64,000 nt of DNA from Minisyncoccia bacterium (GTDB lineage: Bacteria; Patescibacteriota; Minisyncoccia; Phycocordibacterales; JAKFXT01): assembly GCA_041485465.1 (NCBI GenBank), contig JBGPJO010000004.1:1-64000 (forward strand), written 5' to 3'. Under the pieces are notes generated by a model. It searched no databases and had not been told where the DNA came from. It was given only the letters and a program-made list of their open reading frames with translations. Positions 10,097 to 18,930 of this stretch are shown one piece after another (positions within the stretch are counted from its first letter, which is position 1; every line of letters starts with the position of its first letter). Made by a program: the position numbers and the translations under genes.

Positions 10097-11326
10097 ATGA
10101 AAAAAATCTTCGGCAAACAAGTCGCCATTGCTCTCGTCTTAATTGTAGTCGTTGGTGGGGCATTTTCGCTTGGCTACTACACGGGAGAGAAGAAACATCC
10201 GGCAATCGAGAGCGTTAGCGGACTTTCAAACAAGGAAGTCGGAGAACCAAACGGCACCGATTTTTCACTTTTCTGGCAGGCGTGGAATACCCTGAATGAA
10301 AAGTACGCCGGCTCAACAACGCCACCTTCTGCCCAAGAAAGGGTCTGGGGAGCAATAGAAGGGCTTGCGGGAGCTTATGGCGATCCCTATACCACCTTCT
10401 TCCCTCCCCAGGAATCGAAAAATTTTCAGGAGGCAGTTGCCGGAAATTTTGATGGAGTCGGCATGGAAGTCGGTATCCAAGGAGGAGTGCTTGTGGTAAT
10501 TTCTCCCCTTAAAAACACGCCGGCGTCGCGCGCGGGAGTTGAAGCGGGCGATCAGATTCTCAAAATAGACAAAACTGACGCGGCAACTCTTTCCGTCGAT
10601 AAAGCCGTTAATCTTATTCGCGGCAAAAAGGGAACGACCGTCGTCCTTACCCTTGGGCGTAAAGGCATCAAAGCGCCATTTGTCGTCTCAATCGTCCGCG
10701 ACACGATCGATATCCCGACGGTTGATACCGAGTTTCGCAAGAAGGATGGCGTGTTCGTACTCCGACTGTATAGTTTCTCGGCTCTCTCTCCAGGACTCTT
10801 TAGGGACGGCCTCAGGCAATTTGCCGAATCCGGCTCTGACAAACTTGTTATTGATTTAAGAAATAATCCCGGTGGCTACCTTGAAGCCGCGGTTGATATG
10901 GCGAGCTGGTTTTTGCCGGTTGGCAAAGTGGTGGTAACGGAAGATTTCGGCAAAGCCCAGGACCCCCAGGTATATCGAAGTAAGGGTTACAACGTTTTCT
11001 CCGACAATTTAAAATTGGTGATTCTCCTGAATGCCGGATCCGCTTCCGCCTCGGAAATTCTCGCGGGCGCTTTGCATGACCAGGGCAAAGCAACTCTTGT
11101 CGGCGAAAAATCATTCGGTAAAGGCTCTGTTCAGGAGCTCGTCGATCTTCCGGGAAAAACATCGCTTAAAGTGACCATCGCGCGCTGGCTCACACCAAAC
11201 GGCACCTCGATTTCGGGAAACGGCATTACGCCTGATGTCGTTGTTGAAATGAACGCGGATGATGTCAAGGCGGGGAAAGATACCCAGCTTGAGAAAGCCG
11301 CCGCGGTTCTTCTCAATAAAAAATAA
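10097..11326 (+). CDS. carboxyl-terminal processing protease (S41 family)
   Basis: DPYT, PDZ domain, DLRNNPGG, SASASEI, SFGKGSVQ. Confidence 0.95.
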   Translation: MKKIFGKQVAIALVLIVVVGGAFSLGYYTGEKKHPAIESVSGLSNKEVGEPNGTDFSLFWQAWNTLNEKYAGSTTPPSAQERVWGAIEGLAGAYGDPYTTFFPPQESKNFQEAVAGNFDGVGMEVGIQGGVLVVISPLKNTPASRAGVEAGDQILKIDKTDAATLSVDKAVNLIRGKKGTTVVLTLGRKGIKAPFVVSIVRDTIDIPTVDTEFRKKDGVFVLRLYSFSALSPGLFRDGLRQFAESGSDKLVIDLRNNPGGYLEAAVDMASWFLPVGKVVVTEDFGKAQDPQVYRSKGYNVFSDNLKLVILLNAGSASASEILAGALHDQGKATLVGEKSFGKGSVQELVDLPGKTSLKVTIARWLTPNGTSISGNGITPDVVVEMNADDVKAGKDTQLEKAAAVLLNKK

Positions 11327-11329
11327 AGC

Positions 11330-11776
11330 ATGAAAATCATATTTCTCAAGGATGTTCCGGGAAGCGGCAAGCGAAACGACATAAAAGACGTCGCATCCGG
11401 TTTTGCCGCGAACTATCTCATCCCCAATAAGCTCGCCGTGACGGCAACAGACATTGGTATGAGACGGGTGGAGCTTGAAAAAGCTCAGATGATGGTTGAA
11501 GCGAAGCTCGAGAAGGATCTTCTCCTTAAGAATTTATCGAGCCTAAACGGCAGCCGGGTCACGATCCTTGGCAAAGCAAACGAAGAGGGACACCTGTTCG
11601 CCGGTATTCATAAAAAAGAAATCCGAGACCAGATCAAAAAAGAGCTCCGAATCGAGATTCCGGAAGATTCAATTGAACTTAAAGAACCTATCAAGACGCT
11701 GGGAGAAGTACCAATAGAGGTTGAAAGCTATGGCAGAAAAGTAACATTTACGCTTTCAGTCGAGAAAGGAAAATAA
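11330..11776 (+). CDS. rplI: 50S ribosomal protein L9
   Basis: MKIIFLKDV...GFAANYLIP...IKTLG. Confidence 0.95.
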   Translation: MKIIFLKDVPGSGKRNDIKDVASGFAANYLIPNKLAVTATDIGMRRVELEKAQMMVEAKLEKDLLLKNLSSLNGSRVTILGKANEEGHLFAGIHKKEIRDQIKKELRIEIPEDSIELKEPIKTLGEVPIEVESYGRKVTFTLSVEKGK

Positions 11777-11800
11777 AAATTCCCCCGAACAGGGAAATTT

Positions 11801-12073
11801 TTATTTCACACTGACAGTCTTTTTGACCTTCGTCTTTCCGTTAAAATGGATTTTCCGTTTGATACCGTACTCAACCACTCCGTCTTTTAGAGCAAAAAGA
11901 GTATGATCTTTTCCGATGCCGACGTTAACGCCGGGAATAATCCGCGTACCGCGCTGGCGGATGATAATAGCGCCCTTTGAGGCTTTTTCGCCGTCATAGA
12001 GTTTAGTACCCAAGTATTTGGGCTGTGAATCACGAAGATTTCTGGCGGTACCGCCTGCTTTTCTATGTGCCAT
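11801..12073 (-). CDS. rpmA: 50S ribosomal protein L27
   Basis: MAHRKAGG...RDS...IIRQRGT...KDHTLFA. Confidence 0.97.
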   Translation of the reverse strand: MAHRKAGGTARNLRDSQPKYLGTKLYDGEKASKGAIIIRQRGTRIIPGVNVGIGKDHTLFALKDGVVEYGIKRKIHFNGKTKVKKTVSVK

Positions 12074-12143
12074 AGCTGTATTATGATAGGTTTACGTTTC
12101 GATTATAAAAGATTTTAAGAAATTATCAAGAGACCATACGCTC

Positions 12144-12320
12144 GTGAGGTTCATTAGAGAAAATTTTGAAGACATGGCGATTGTCGCCATCATTATCCTT
12201 GTTGGCCTCGACTCTTTCGGCTTAGGAAGACTCTCGGTTCAAAAAAGAGAACTGAAACCACTTCGAGTGCTTTCTCCTCAAACCACCAATGAGGCAGAGA
12301 GCTCGAAAAGCAATTTATGA
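12144..12320 (+). CDS. small membrane protein with IILVGxxSFGLGRLS motif (not in ORF track)
   Basis: GTG-started 58-aa ORF; its TGA overlaps the next ATG (ATGA). Confidence 0.5.
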   Translation: MRFIRENFEDMAIVAIIILVGLDSFGLGRLSVQKRELKPLRVLSPQTTNEAESSKSNL

Positions 12321-12619
12321 AATACGATAAATTAGTCCGGGATAAAATTCCCGATATCATTAAATCAAAAGGGGGGAAGGTCTCATTTCATACGGCAACG
12401 GAGGATGAATACTGGCGAAAGCTCAAGGAAAAACTGGAAGAGGAGGTTGCTGAATTTAAAAAAGACGAATCGGCTGAAGAAATCGCCGATATTTTTGAGG
12501 TGCTTCATGCCATTATAGAATACAAAGGTTTTCGTGAAGATGTGATCGAGGAAACAAAACGGGAGAAGAAAGAAAAAAAGGGCGGATTCGAAAAACGCTT
12601 TATTCTCGAAGAATCATAA
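12317..12619 (+). CDS. MazG-like nucleoside triphosphate pyrophosphohydrolase
   Basis: KLVRDKIP, EEVAEF, EEIADIFEV, KGGFEKR. Confidence 0.88.
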   Translation: MKYDKLVRDKIPDIIKSKGGKVSFHTATEDEYWRKLKEKLEEEVAEFKKDESAEEIADIFEVLHAIIEYKGFREDVIEETKREKKEKKGGFEKRFILEES

Positions 12620-12623
12620 TTAT

Positions 12624-13211
12624 ATGATAGTAGTCGATATAGAAGCCTCAGGCACTGAGCCGTACAAGCATTCGATCGTTTCAATCGGTGCCCTTGATTT
12701 TACCAATCCGGAGAAACAATTTTATGCCGAATGCCGTATTTGGGATGGCGCCCACATAATGGATGAGGCGCTTGCCGTAAACGGCTTCACCAAAGAGCAA
12801 ATTATGGATCCTCCCAAAAAAACGGAAGGGGAGATCGTAACCGAGTTTTTTAAGTGGTTAAAAGACAGCCCCGACCATACAACCGCAGGGCAAAATCCCT
12901 CCTTTGACCGCGATTTTTTGCGACTTGCCGCGGAACGCGCGCACATAGATTATCCGCTCGCCTATCGCACTGTCGACCTTCATTCGGTTTGCTATCTTCA
13001 TATGATTGAACATGGTTTGATTCCGCCTCTTAAAAATAAACGCTCGGATCTCAATTCCGGGAAAATAATGGGCTATGTTGGAATTCCCGAAGAACCAAAA
13101 CCGCACAACGCCCTCATGGGCGCCAAAGTCGCTGGCGAAGCTCTTTCGCGTCTTCTGTATCGTAAAAACCTCTTGCCCGATTTTGCCCAGTTTGAAATAC
13201 CAAAATTTTAA
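12624..13211 (+). CDS. DEDDh-type 3'-5' exonuclease
   Basis: VDIEASG, GQNPSFD, HNAL motifs (the last Asp appears to be replaced). Confidence 0.85.
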   Translation: MIVVDIEASGTEPYKHSIVSIGALDFTNPEKQFYAECRIWDGAHIMDEALAVNGFTKEQIMDPPKKTEGEIVTEFFKWLKDSPDHTTAGQNPSFDRDFLRLAAERAHIDYPLAYRTVDLHSVCYLHMIEHGLIPPLKNKRSDLNSGKIMGYVGIPEEPKPHNALMGAKVAGEALSRLLYRKNLLPDFAQFEIPKF

Positions 13212-13226
13212 AGTAGGATACCCTTC

Positions 13227-13427
13227 ATGGCACCGGTCCAAAAATTGTATCTCTCGGATACCGACAAAAAGATTGCCGGCGTGTGCGGTGGACTTGGTGA
13301 GCGATTTCAAGTTGATTCGACGATGATTCGGCTCCTGGTGGTGTTTCTTGCTCTCATTACTGCAGTATTTCCTATCGTGATTACATACATCATTGCCTGG
13401 CTGATCATCCCGAGAAGAACCTCCTAA
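13227..13427 (+). CDS. PspC domain protein
   Basis: DKKIAGVCGGLGE...YIIAWLIIP. Confidence 0.9.
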   Translation: MAPVQKLYLSDTDKKIAGVCGGLGERFQVDSTMIRLLVVFLALITAVFPIVITYIIAWLIIPRRTS

Positions 13428-13440
13428 AGAGAGCGCCATA

Positions 13441-13514
13441 CGGGCTGTAGTATACCGGCAGTACGCATGCATGGGGTGCATGTAGACCGGGTTCGATTCC
13501 CGGCAGCCCGACCA
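13441..13514 (+). tRNA. tRNA-Pro (anticodon GGG)
   Basis: Acceptor CGGGCTG/CAGCCCG, anticodon arm CATGC-AT GGG GT-GCATG, T arm CCGGG-TTCGATT-CCCGG, encoded CCA. Confidence 0.95.
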
Positions 13515-13537
13515 AATTGCAAAAAAGAAGTAAACCG

Positions 13538-13555
13538 GGTTCGACTTCGCTCACC
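13538..13555 (+). repeat. REP-like stem-loop (copy 2)
   Basis: GGT-TCGACTTCGCTC-ACC, same TCGAC-n-GCTC core. Confidence 0.45.
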
Positions 13556-13668
13556 ACAAGTCAAACCATTCTCGGCACCATGACTAGGATTGATTGGATT
13601 GATTTTTCTTGCCATTTCTGCTAGTGTCCTTTTAGAGTTATTTTAATTTTCAGCGAAAGGGGCACCTC

Positions 13669-14343
13669 ATGTGGCGAACCTCAGACGAATGGATTGAGGC
13701 ATACAAAACCAAGGGTGCCTTATGGATTCACGACGGCAATCCGAAGCGCCCTCACGCCCTCCTGACCTCGGGGAATCACAGCGACGGGTTTTTCAACAGC
13801 AAACTTGTCACGGAAGATCCCTTCCTGTTACAAGAAGCTTCAGCCGACTTGGTAGAGCTTCTTGTGCAAAACTGTCTTGACCTCGAGCTTGTTGACCGGG
13901 TCGTAGGACCCGCAACCGGAGCTACGAAACTTGCCGAGGAAGGAGTTGCCCCAGAGATTGGTAAGAAGCGCGGCCGGCCGTGCTTAAGTGCGTATACTGA
14001 AAAAGACACGGACAAGGATGGCAAGAAAAGAATGATCTTCATAAATACAAGCATCCGCGACGGCGAGACCGTTCTGCTGTGCGAAGATGTTCGCACGACA
14101 GGCGAGAGTGTGGGCCTTACTGCCCAGGCTGTGATCAATGCCGGGGGCACAATTCTGCCCTACGTTGCTCTTCTGGTTAACAGATCGGGTGAGCAAAATT
14201 CACACGGCGTAGATTTTATCGCCCTCATCAATCGGCATATGCAGTCATGGAGGCCTGAAGAATGTCCTCTCTGCCCAAAGGGCTCTGAAGCTATCCGCCC
14301 GGAAGGCACGGAAAACTGGCAGCGTCTCAACGCGACCTACTAA
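13669..14343 (+). CDS. pyrE: orotate phosphoribosyltransferase
   Basis: LLTSGNHS, PRPP-binding VLLCEDVRTTGES, C-terminal CPLC; adjacent to pyrF. Confidence 0.85.
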   Translation: MWRTSDEWIEAYKTKGALWIHDGNPKRPHALLTSGNHSDGFFNSKLVTEDPFLLQEASADLVELLVQNCLDLELVDRVVGPATGATKLAEEGVAPEIGKKRGRPCLSAYTEKDTDKDGKKRMIFINTSIRDGETVLLCEDVRTTGESVGLTAQAVINAGGTILPYVALLVNRSGEQNSHGVDFIALINRHMQSWRPEECPLCPKGSEAIRPEGTENWQRLNATY

Positions 14344-14353
14344 GGAGGAAGAC

Positions 14354-15094
14354 TTGAGAAAAATTCTCACTCCGGCAGAGATGCTTATCGTCGCTGCCGA
14401 TTTCAAACCAACACGACCTGAAGCAAACGAGGAGGTGGTGGGAAAAGCGGTTTCGCTTGCAGAGAAGCTTCGCGGAACCGGCGTTTATCTCAAGATGAAC
14501 TCGGTTCTCAGGTCGGGCGGATATCCGATTATCAGCAATATCCATTATTTCGGGGTGAAGGTGTTCGCCGACCTCAAATTTTTCGACATCCCCGAGACTC
14601 TTGCAATAGACGGGATGCTGCTTCGGGAATTCAAGCCCGAACTTGCCACCGTGGCCTGTTCGACCGGCGTAAAGGCCATACAGTTCCTGAAGACAGAGCT
14701 TCCCGACACGGAACTACTCGGCGTCACAATTCTCACTTCGTTCAATGAGGACGACTCGAATGCAATGTTCACCTGCTCAACCGAAGAAGCAGTGCTCCGC
14801 CTTGCCGGATTCGGACAAGATGGCGGAGTGAACGGATATATATCCTCCGGAAAAGAGGCGGAAGTTCTTCGAGCCAAATTTGGGCTCGTTATGAGCTTGA
14901 ACACCCCCGCCATCCGTCCGGCGTGGGCAATTATCCCAGGAGATGATCAGAATCCCGACAGGATCATGACTCCGGCAAAGGCGATAAAAGCTGGCGCGGA
15001 TCGCATCGTGGTTGGGCGACCTATTACACAAGCCCCGAATCCCTATGATGCAGTCATGCGTACGATCGATGAGATCGCCTCCGCATGCCCCTGA
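14354..15094 (+). CDS. pyrF: orotidine-5'-phosphate decarboxylase
   Basis: FADLKFFDIPET (DxKxxD), VTILTS, TPAIRP, DDQ, VVGRPI. Confidence 0.95.
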   Translation: MRKILTPAEMLIVAADFKPTRPEANEEVVGKAVSLAEKLRGTGVYLKMNSVLRSGGYPIISNIHYFGVKVFADLKFFDIPETLAIDGMLLREFKPELATVACSTGVKAIQFLKTELPDTELLGVTILTSFNEDDSNAMFTCSTEEAVLRLAGFGQDGGVNGYISSGKEAEVLRAKFGLVMSLNTPAIRPAWAIIPGDDQNPDRIMTPAKAIKAGADRIVVGRPITQAPNPYDAVMRTIDEIASACP

Positions 15095-15116
15095 TCATGT
15101 GCGGGAAAGTACAAAT

Positions 15117-15150
15117 AGGCCTCGTCTCAAGAGACGAGGCCTTTTATTTT
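15117..15150 (+). terminator. intrinsic terminator
   Basis: AGGCCTCGTCTC-aa-GAGACGAGGCCT plus T tract. Confidence 0.8.
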
Positions 15151-15156
15151 TTTTAA

Positions 15157-15585
15157 TTAAACGCTTGAAATAGGTGTTGTATTTTTGTGAGGCCTATTAT
15201 CAAAACTTAAGGCTCCTGCACCGTGTACCGTGTACATAAGAAGGCCTGCAATAATGGCAAGGTTTTTAAAAGCGTTCACAAGCTGTGTCTGGTCGGCAAA
15301 ATTACTGTGGAAGTAATAGATGGTGAGGGCCGTAAAAACTATCAGTGCCGAGGCCGCCCATTTTGTCTTATAGCCAAGAAGAAGGAAGAGGCTGCCAAAG
15401 ATTTCAATTAAAATACCGATCGTAAGAAGAATCGTTGGAAGAGGTACGCCAGCCTGACCCATGAAGCCCGCGGTTTGGGTAAAGTTAAGAGTCTTGCCGA
15501 TCCCGGCATATATAAACAAGGGAGCGATAAGTATCCGACCAATAAGAGGGAAGTACTTATTACATAATTGATTGATCAACATCAT
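15157..15585 (-). CDS. DoxX family membrane protein
   Basis: LIGRILIAPLF...GK...EIFG...H...KNLAI...GAGALS. Confidence 0.9.
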   Translation of the reverse strand: MMLINQLCNKYFPLIGRILIAPLFIYAGIGKTLNFTQTAGFMGQAGVPLPTILLTIGILIEIFGSLFLLLGYKTKWAASALIVFTALTIYYFHSNFADQTQLVNAFKNLAIIAGLLMYTVHGAGALSFDNRPHKNTTPISSV

Positions 15586-15795
15586 AGGAAGGGAGGTTTA
15601 CGATTAAAAGTTATAGACGCGATTTAGTATAGCAATAAAGTGAAAAATTGGGATGTGGATGGAGTGGCGCCCGGACAAGAGGTAGTAATCTAGACGGCTG
15701 TTTTTAATTATCCTCTTATATTAAGAATCTCCTAAAATCCTTATTTTTAGCCTTATATTCAGTGTTGACGACACCTCTCTATTATTGTCTATCTA

Positions 15796-15824
15796 TTGAC
15801 AAACTACCTTAGGAATGCTACTAT
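15796..15824 (+). promoter_or_regulatory. sigma70 promoter (extended -10)
   Basis: TTGACA-17 nt-TACTAT with TGn directly before the -10. Confidence 0.75.
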
Positions 15825-15868
15825 TAAAGAAATCAGAGTGATCCTCTGGTTTTTTCATTTACCAGTAA

Positions 15869-16351
15869 ATCTTCGGCTTACACGCTAATACTTGGCTTAT
15901 TATTGGACTTGCAACAGGACTTCTACTTATCTTTGGCTCATTCTCAAACAAGATAGACACAACTCCAATCGCAAACGCAGACACTGGCGCTTCTCAAATC
16001 ATTATCCTTCCGAAAGAAGGAAAGGAAACCGACCCATCGGTAGTTGAAAAAATTGTCCGCGATCAATTCAAGGACACTCCCGTACTGATCGATATTGCGC
16101 GCTGCGAATCCCGCTTCACGCAGTTTGATACGGACGGCGACATCCACCGGGGCGAGGCCAACAAACGAGACGTCGGCGTGATGCAGATTAACGAGCATTT
16201 CCACTTGGATAAAGCGCTCGAGCTCGGATACGACATCTACACTATCGAAGGGAACCTTGCCTACGGCAAGTATCTCTACTATAAGGAAGGTACGGCTCCG
16301 TGGGTCTCATCCGCAAGCTGTTGGAAAAGAGCACCGATTGCCAAACGATAA
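15869..16351 (+). CDS. secreted lysozyme-like/lytic transglycosylase protein with non-canonical start (not in ORF track)
   Basis: Stop-free frame of 160 codons with a signal-like hydrophobic stretch, IARCES (catalytic Glu), DVGVMQIN, GNLAYG, PW..SASCW. Confidence 0.8.
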   Translation: MFGLHANTWLIIGLATGLLLIFGSFSNKIDTTPIANADTGASQIIILPKEGKETDPSVVEKIVRDQFKDTPVLIDIARCESRFTQFDTDGDIHRGEANKRDVGVMQINEHFHLDKALELGYDIYTIEGNLAYGKYLYYKEGTAPWVSSASCWKRAPIAKR

Positions 16352-16356
16352 GAAAC

Positions 16357-16385
16357 CAAAAACCCGCCCTCGTGGCGGGTTTTTG
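16357..16385. terminator. intrinsic terminator
   Basis: CAAAAACCCGCC-ctcgt-GGCGGGTTTTTG. Confidence 0.75.
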
Positions 16386-16455
16386 CTTGGAAACAGGGAA
16401 GTGTTATACTGTTCTCAACGAAATCAGAGCTTTTACTAATTAGCTATATAAAATC

Positions 16456-16806
16456 ATGATGAATGATGGAAAAATGGGAGGAGAAGAAAAGGGGAGTTGG
16501 GAAGGACACGCATGTCCCATGTGCCAGGGTTCCGGCAAGATGCATGGTGGCATGGGTTGCTGGGGATGGGGCAGGCATGGCTATCATAGGCATATGCTCA
16601 TAAAGATTTTGATCGCGATTTTCATCTTCTGGGCCGGATATAATCTAGGAGAACTCAAGGGAGAACTTCGTGCCTATCGGGGCTTCGATGGCGGTCACAT
16701 GTCCTTATGGGGTTTCGGTAATGATGGATATGGAAACTTTGGGGACATGAGAGTCTTCATGAATCAGTATATGAGAACTTCAACGTCTACACTCCCAACT
16801 AAGTAA
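16456..16806 (+). CDS. hypothetical Gly/His-rich membrane protein
   Basis: 116-aa ORF with CPMC, one TM and an FWAGYNLGELKG motif. Confidence 0.75.
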   Translation: MMNDGKMGGEEKGSWEGHACPMCQGSGKMHGGMGCWGWGRHGYHRHMLIKILIAIFIFWAGYNLGELKGELRAYRGFDGGHMSLWGFGNDGYGNFGDMRVFMNQYMRTSTSTLPTK

Positions 16807-16825
16807 GAAATTTTTATCGCTAAGT

Positions 16826-16856
16826 CAAAACCCCGCCACATGTGGCGGGGTTTTTG
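16826..16856. terminator. intrinsic terminator
   Basis: AAAACCCCGCCAC-at-GTGGCGGGGTTTT. Confidence 0.75.
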
Positions 16857-16961
16857 GTTGTAATTTATCTTATTTTTGGCAGTTGATTTTTGAATCCACC
16901 ACAGCACGAGAGGGCAGGGAAATGGATGATGTCGTGCGGTGGCTCCATCTAGATTATATGA

Positions 16962-16989
16962 ATGTCGCACAATATATCTTTTGCGACAT
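16962..16989. other. dif-like (Xer-type) recombination site candidate
   Basis: ATGTCGCACAA-TATATC-TTTTGCGACAT: 11-6-11 architecture, arms inverted with one mismatch. Confidence 0.55.
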
Positions 16990-17212
16990 ATACCTATAGG
17001 CATAGGCGCCGCCTAAAACAAAGACGGGTCGGAACCCTGCGCCTGTATGATCCATACCCCATCGACATGCACCCACACGCGCCAAGAAAAATCAGCAGTA
17101 AAATTTCCGCCACTTCCCCAGAATCTTTTATATAAAATTTAGATGTAAGCGACCTTCTAAAAAACCAATGTTAGAAGGGGGAGGGGGTCCCCTGCCCCAC
17201 CATCGAATACAC

Positions 17213-17770
17213 TCATTTTGTTAACTTCCCCACTGTGGTCATAACCAATTTGCACGGCAATTGGGATACCTCTCGAGCAATGTAGCCATTGGTCAGCTTA
17301 TAGTTCGTAGGATCAAACGGCACCAAAATTGCCTGTGTACCATGGTAGCCAACAACAGCAAAAGAGGTGTCCTTGTCTAGAGCCAGACAACGAGGAGAAT
17401 TCGGCATCTCAAATCGAGTGGAATTCATCGCTAGGAAAGTCCCAAAGTTTGGTACCTTCAAAAGAAGCAATAAAAAACCAGTCGTTATCACGGAGGCAAT
17501 CAACCGAGCCCAAAAATAGTGCGACCACCAAAGAACAGTAACGATGACTACAGTAATTCCTAACAGAACCCACTGCCACCATGTTATAAGTCCAGCAATG
17601 AGCTGTCCTAGTTCAACTATCTGATAATAATAGATGACATTTGAAATGAGAGAGGCATCAATAAAGCTGTACGGAACATTAAAGTATGCGTAGAAACCGT
17701 ATTGAGTCAAAATGCTAACGATATAAAGATAGAGACCAACTCCGGTCGCGCTCCATAAGAATTTGATCAT
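17213..17770 (-). CDS. hypothetical membrane protein
   Basis: 185-aa ORF with 3-4 TM helices and a C-terminal soluble domain with two Cys. Confidence 0.7.
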   Translation of the reverse strand: MIKFLWSATGVGLYLYIVSILTQYGFYAYFNVPYSFIDASLISNVIYYYQIVELGQLIAGLITWWQWVLLGITVVIVTVLWWSHYFWARLIASVITTGFLLLLLKVPNFGTFLAMNSTRFEMPNSPRCLALDKDTSFAVVGYHGTQAILVPFDPTNYKLTNGYIAREVSQLPCKLVMTTVGKLTK

Positions 17771-17820
17771 GGTACGGAAACTATACCCTTCGTCCGGAAT
17801 TAGACAAATTAGATATTTTT

Positions 17821-18480
17821 TTACAGGTTTTTAAATTTTAAATCGTCAACAACAACACACCGTAGAGTCTGGAGTTGAGGTAGGATTGCGTCTAGTAACT
17901 CGTTCCAGGCTAATCCAAGAACATTGACGTCGGCTTTGGATTGATCCAATTGCACTTCTGTAAGCAGAGATTTGGCTGGGGTTGTGCCGATATTTCCGTC
18001 CGAATCTGACCATGTGGATATTTTGTGCCCGTGAGCAAATTTGTTGCGTATATCAGTTACATTCGAGAAATTATCTTTTATCAACGTGATACACTGCTGT
18101 ACACTAGGAGGTACTAGAGTAAAAAATAAAGTTCCGAACTCATCCATTTTTGCATACACATATCTTCCTTCGTCTTGTTCCCACTTTGTAGCGACAGCGT
18201 CACAAGGAGGCTTGAATTCAAGATCAATAATCCTCCGCATATTTTGGTGAAGAAAACACTCAATATAAATTTGTAAGCAAATGAAAGTCATGATAAGTTC
18301 TGAATCGACTTTTGTCTTCAGGTACTCTTGCTCGTGCTGCTCGAACTCCCTGCGGTATATAACTGCATCAATTTCCGTTTCCATTTTCACATGATCAGAA
18401 ACACCAACTATATCGCTTACATTAAACGAAAGATTAACCATGTCCTCTATTTTATCACTATGATTCTTCTTCATCTCCAA
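17821..18480 (-). CDS. putative HEPN-domain protein
   Basis: Helical 219-aa ORF with an N-terminal E (YIECFL) and an Rx4H motif (RNKFAH). Confidence 0.6.
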   Translation of the reverse strand: MEMKKNHSDKIEDMVNLSFNVSDIVGVSDHVKMETEIDAVIYRREFEQHEQEYLKTKVDSELIMTFICLQIYIECFLHQNMRRIIDLEFKPPCDAVATKWEQDEGRYVYAKMDEFGTLFFTLVPPSVQQCITLIKDNFSNVTDIRNKFAHGHKISTWSDSDGNIGTTPAKSLLTEVQLDQSKADVNVLGLAWNELLDAILPQLQTLRCVVVDDLKFKNL

Positions 18481-18569
18481 CCCTTAAACAGGGCTCCCCT
18501 GAGTCAGAACTTGTCTACTTTGTACCACACCTGCTGAGGGCCTGGGACGACCTTGGAACCTTTATCTCA

Positions 18570-18800
18570 TTAAAACCAAGATTTCTTTCTTTTCTTAGCG
18601 TGAAGTTCTGAGTGACTACTTCGAGGCATAATAACAAGGTTACTTTTCCTAAAATTTTTTTTGTTACCGTCTTTATGGTGGACAACTAATCCATCAGAGA
18701 TTCTTCCACCAACCATCCGAGCGGCAACGCTTCTGTGCACCAACTTTTTAGTGTCGCGCCATCTTGGATAGCCTTTTTTATCGTAAAAAAAGAGACCCAT
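18570..18800 (-). CDS. small HNH endonuclease
   Basis: VHR.VA, VVHHKDGNKKNFRKSNL...H..LH. Confidence 0.85.
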   Translation of the reverse strand: MGLFFYDKKGYPRWRDTKKLVHRSVAARMVGGRISDGLVVHHKDGNKKNFRKSNLVIMPRSSHSELHAKKRKKSWF

Positions 18801-18930
18801 ATAGTTTATGATAACACTTCAGGCGGTTACGCGTCTGGATGGTGTTGGAATCATTTTAATAGATTTTGCGGGAATTTTTTAAGTACCTTCTATTTCGGCT
18901 CTAAATGGAGGTATACTTTCTTTATATATT

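Noticed and set aside
15660-15682. Reverse complement ...CCGGGCGCCA resembling a tRNA 3' end (att remnant)
   Set aside because: Too short, no T-loop, and it does not match either tRNA in the window.
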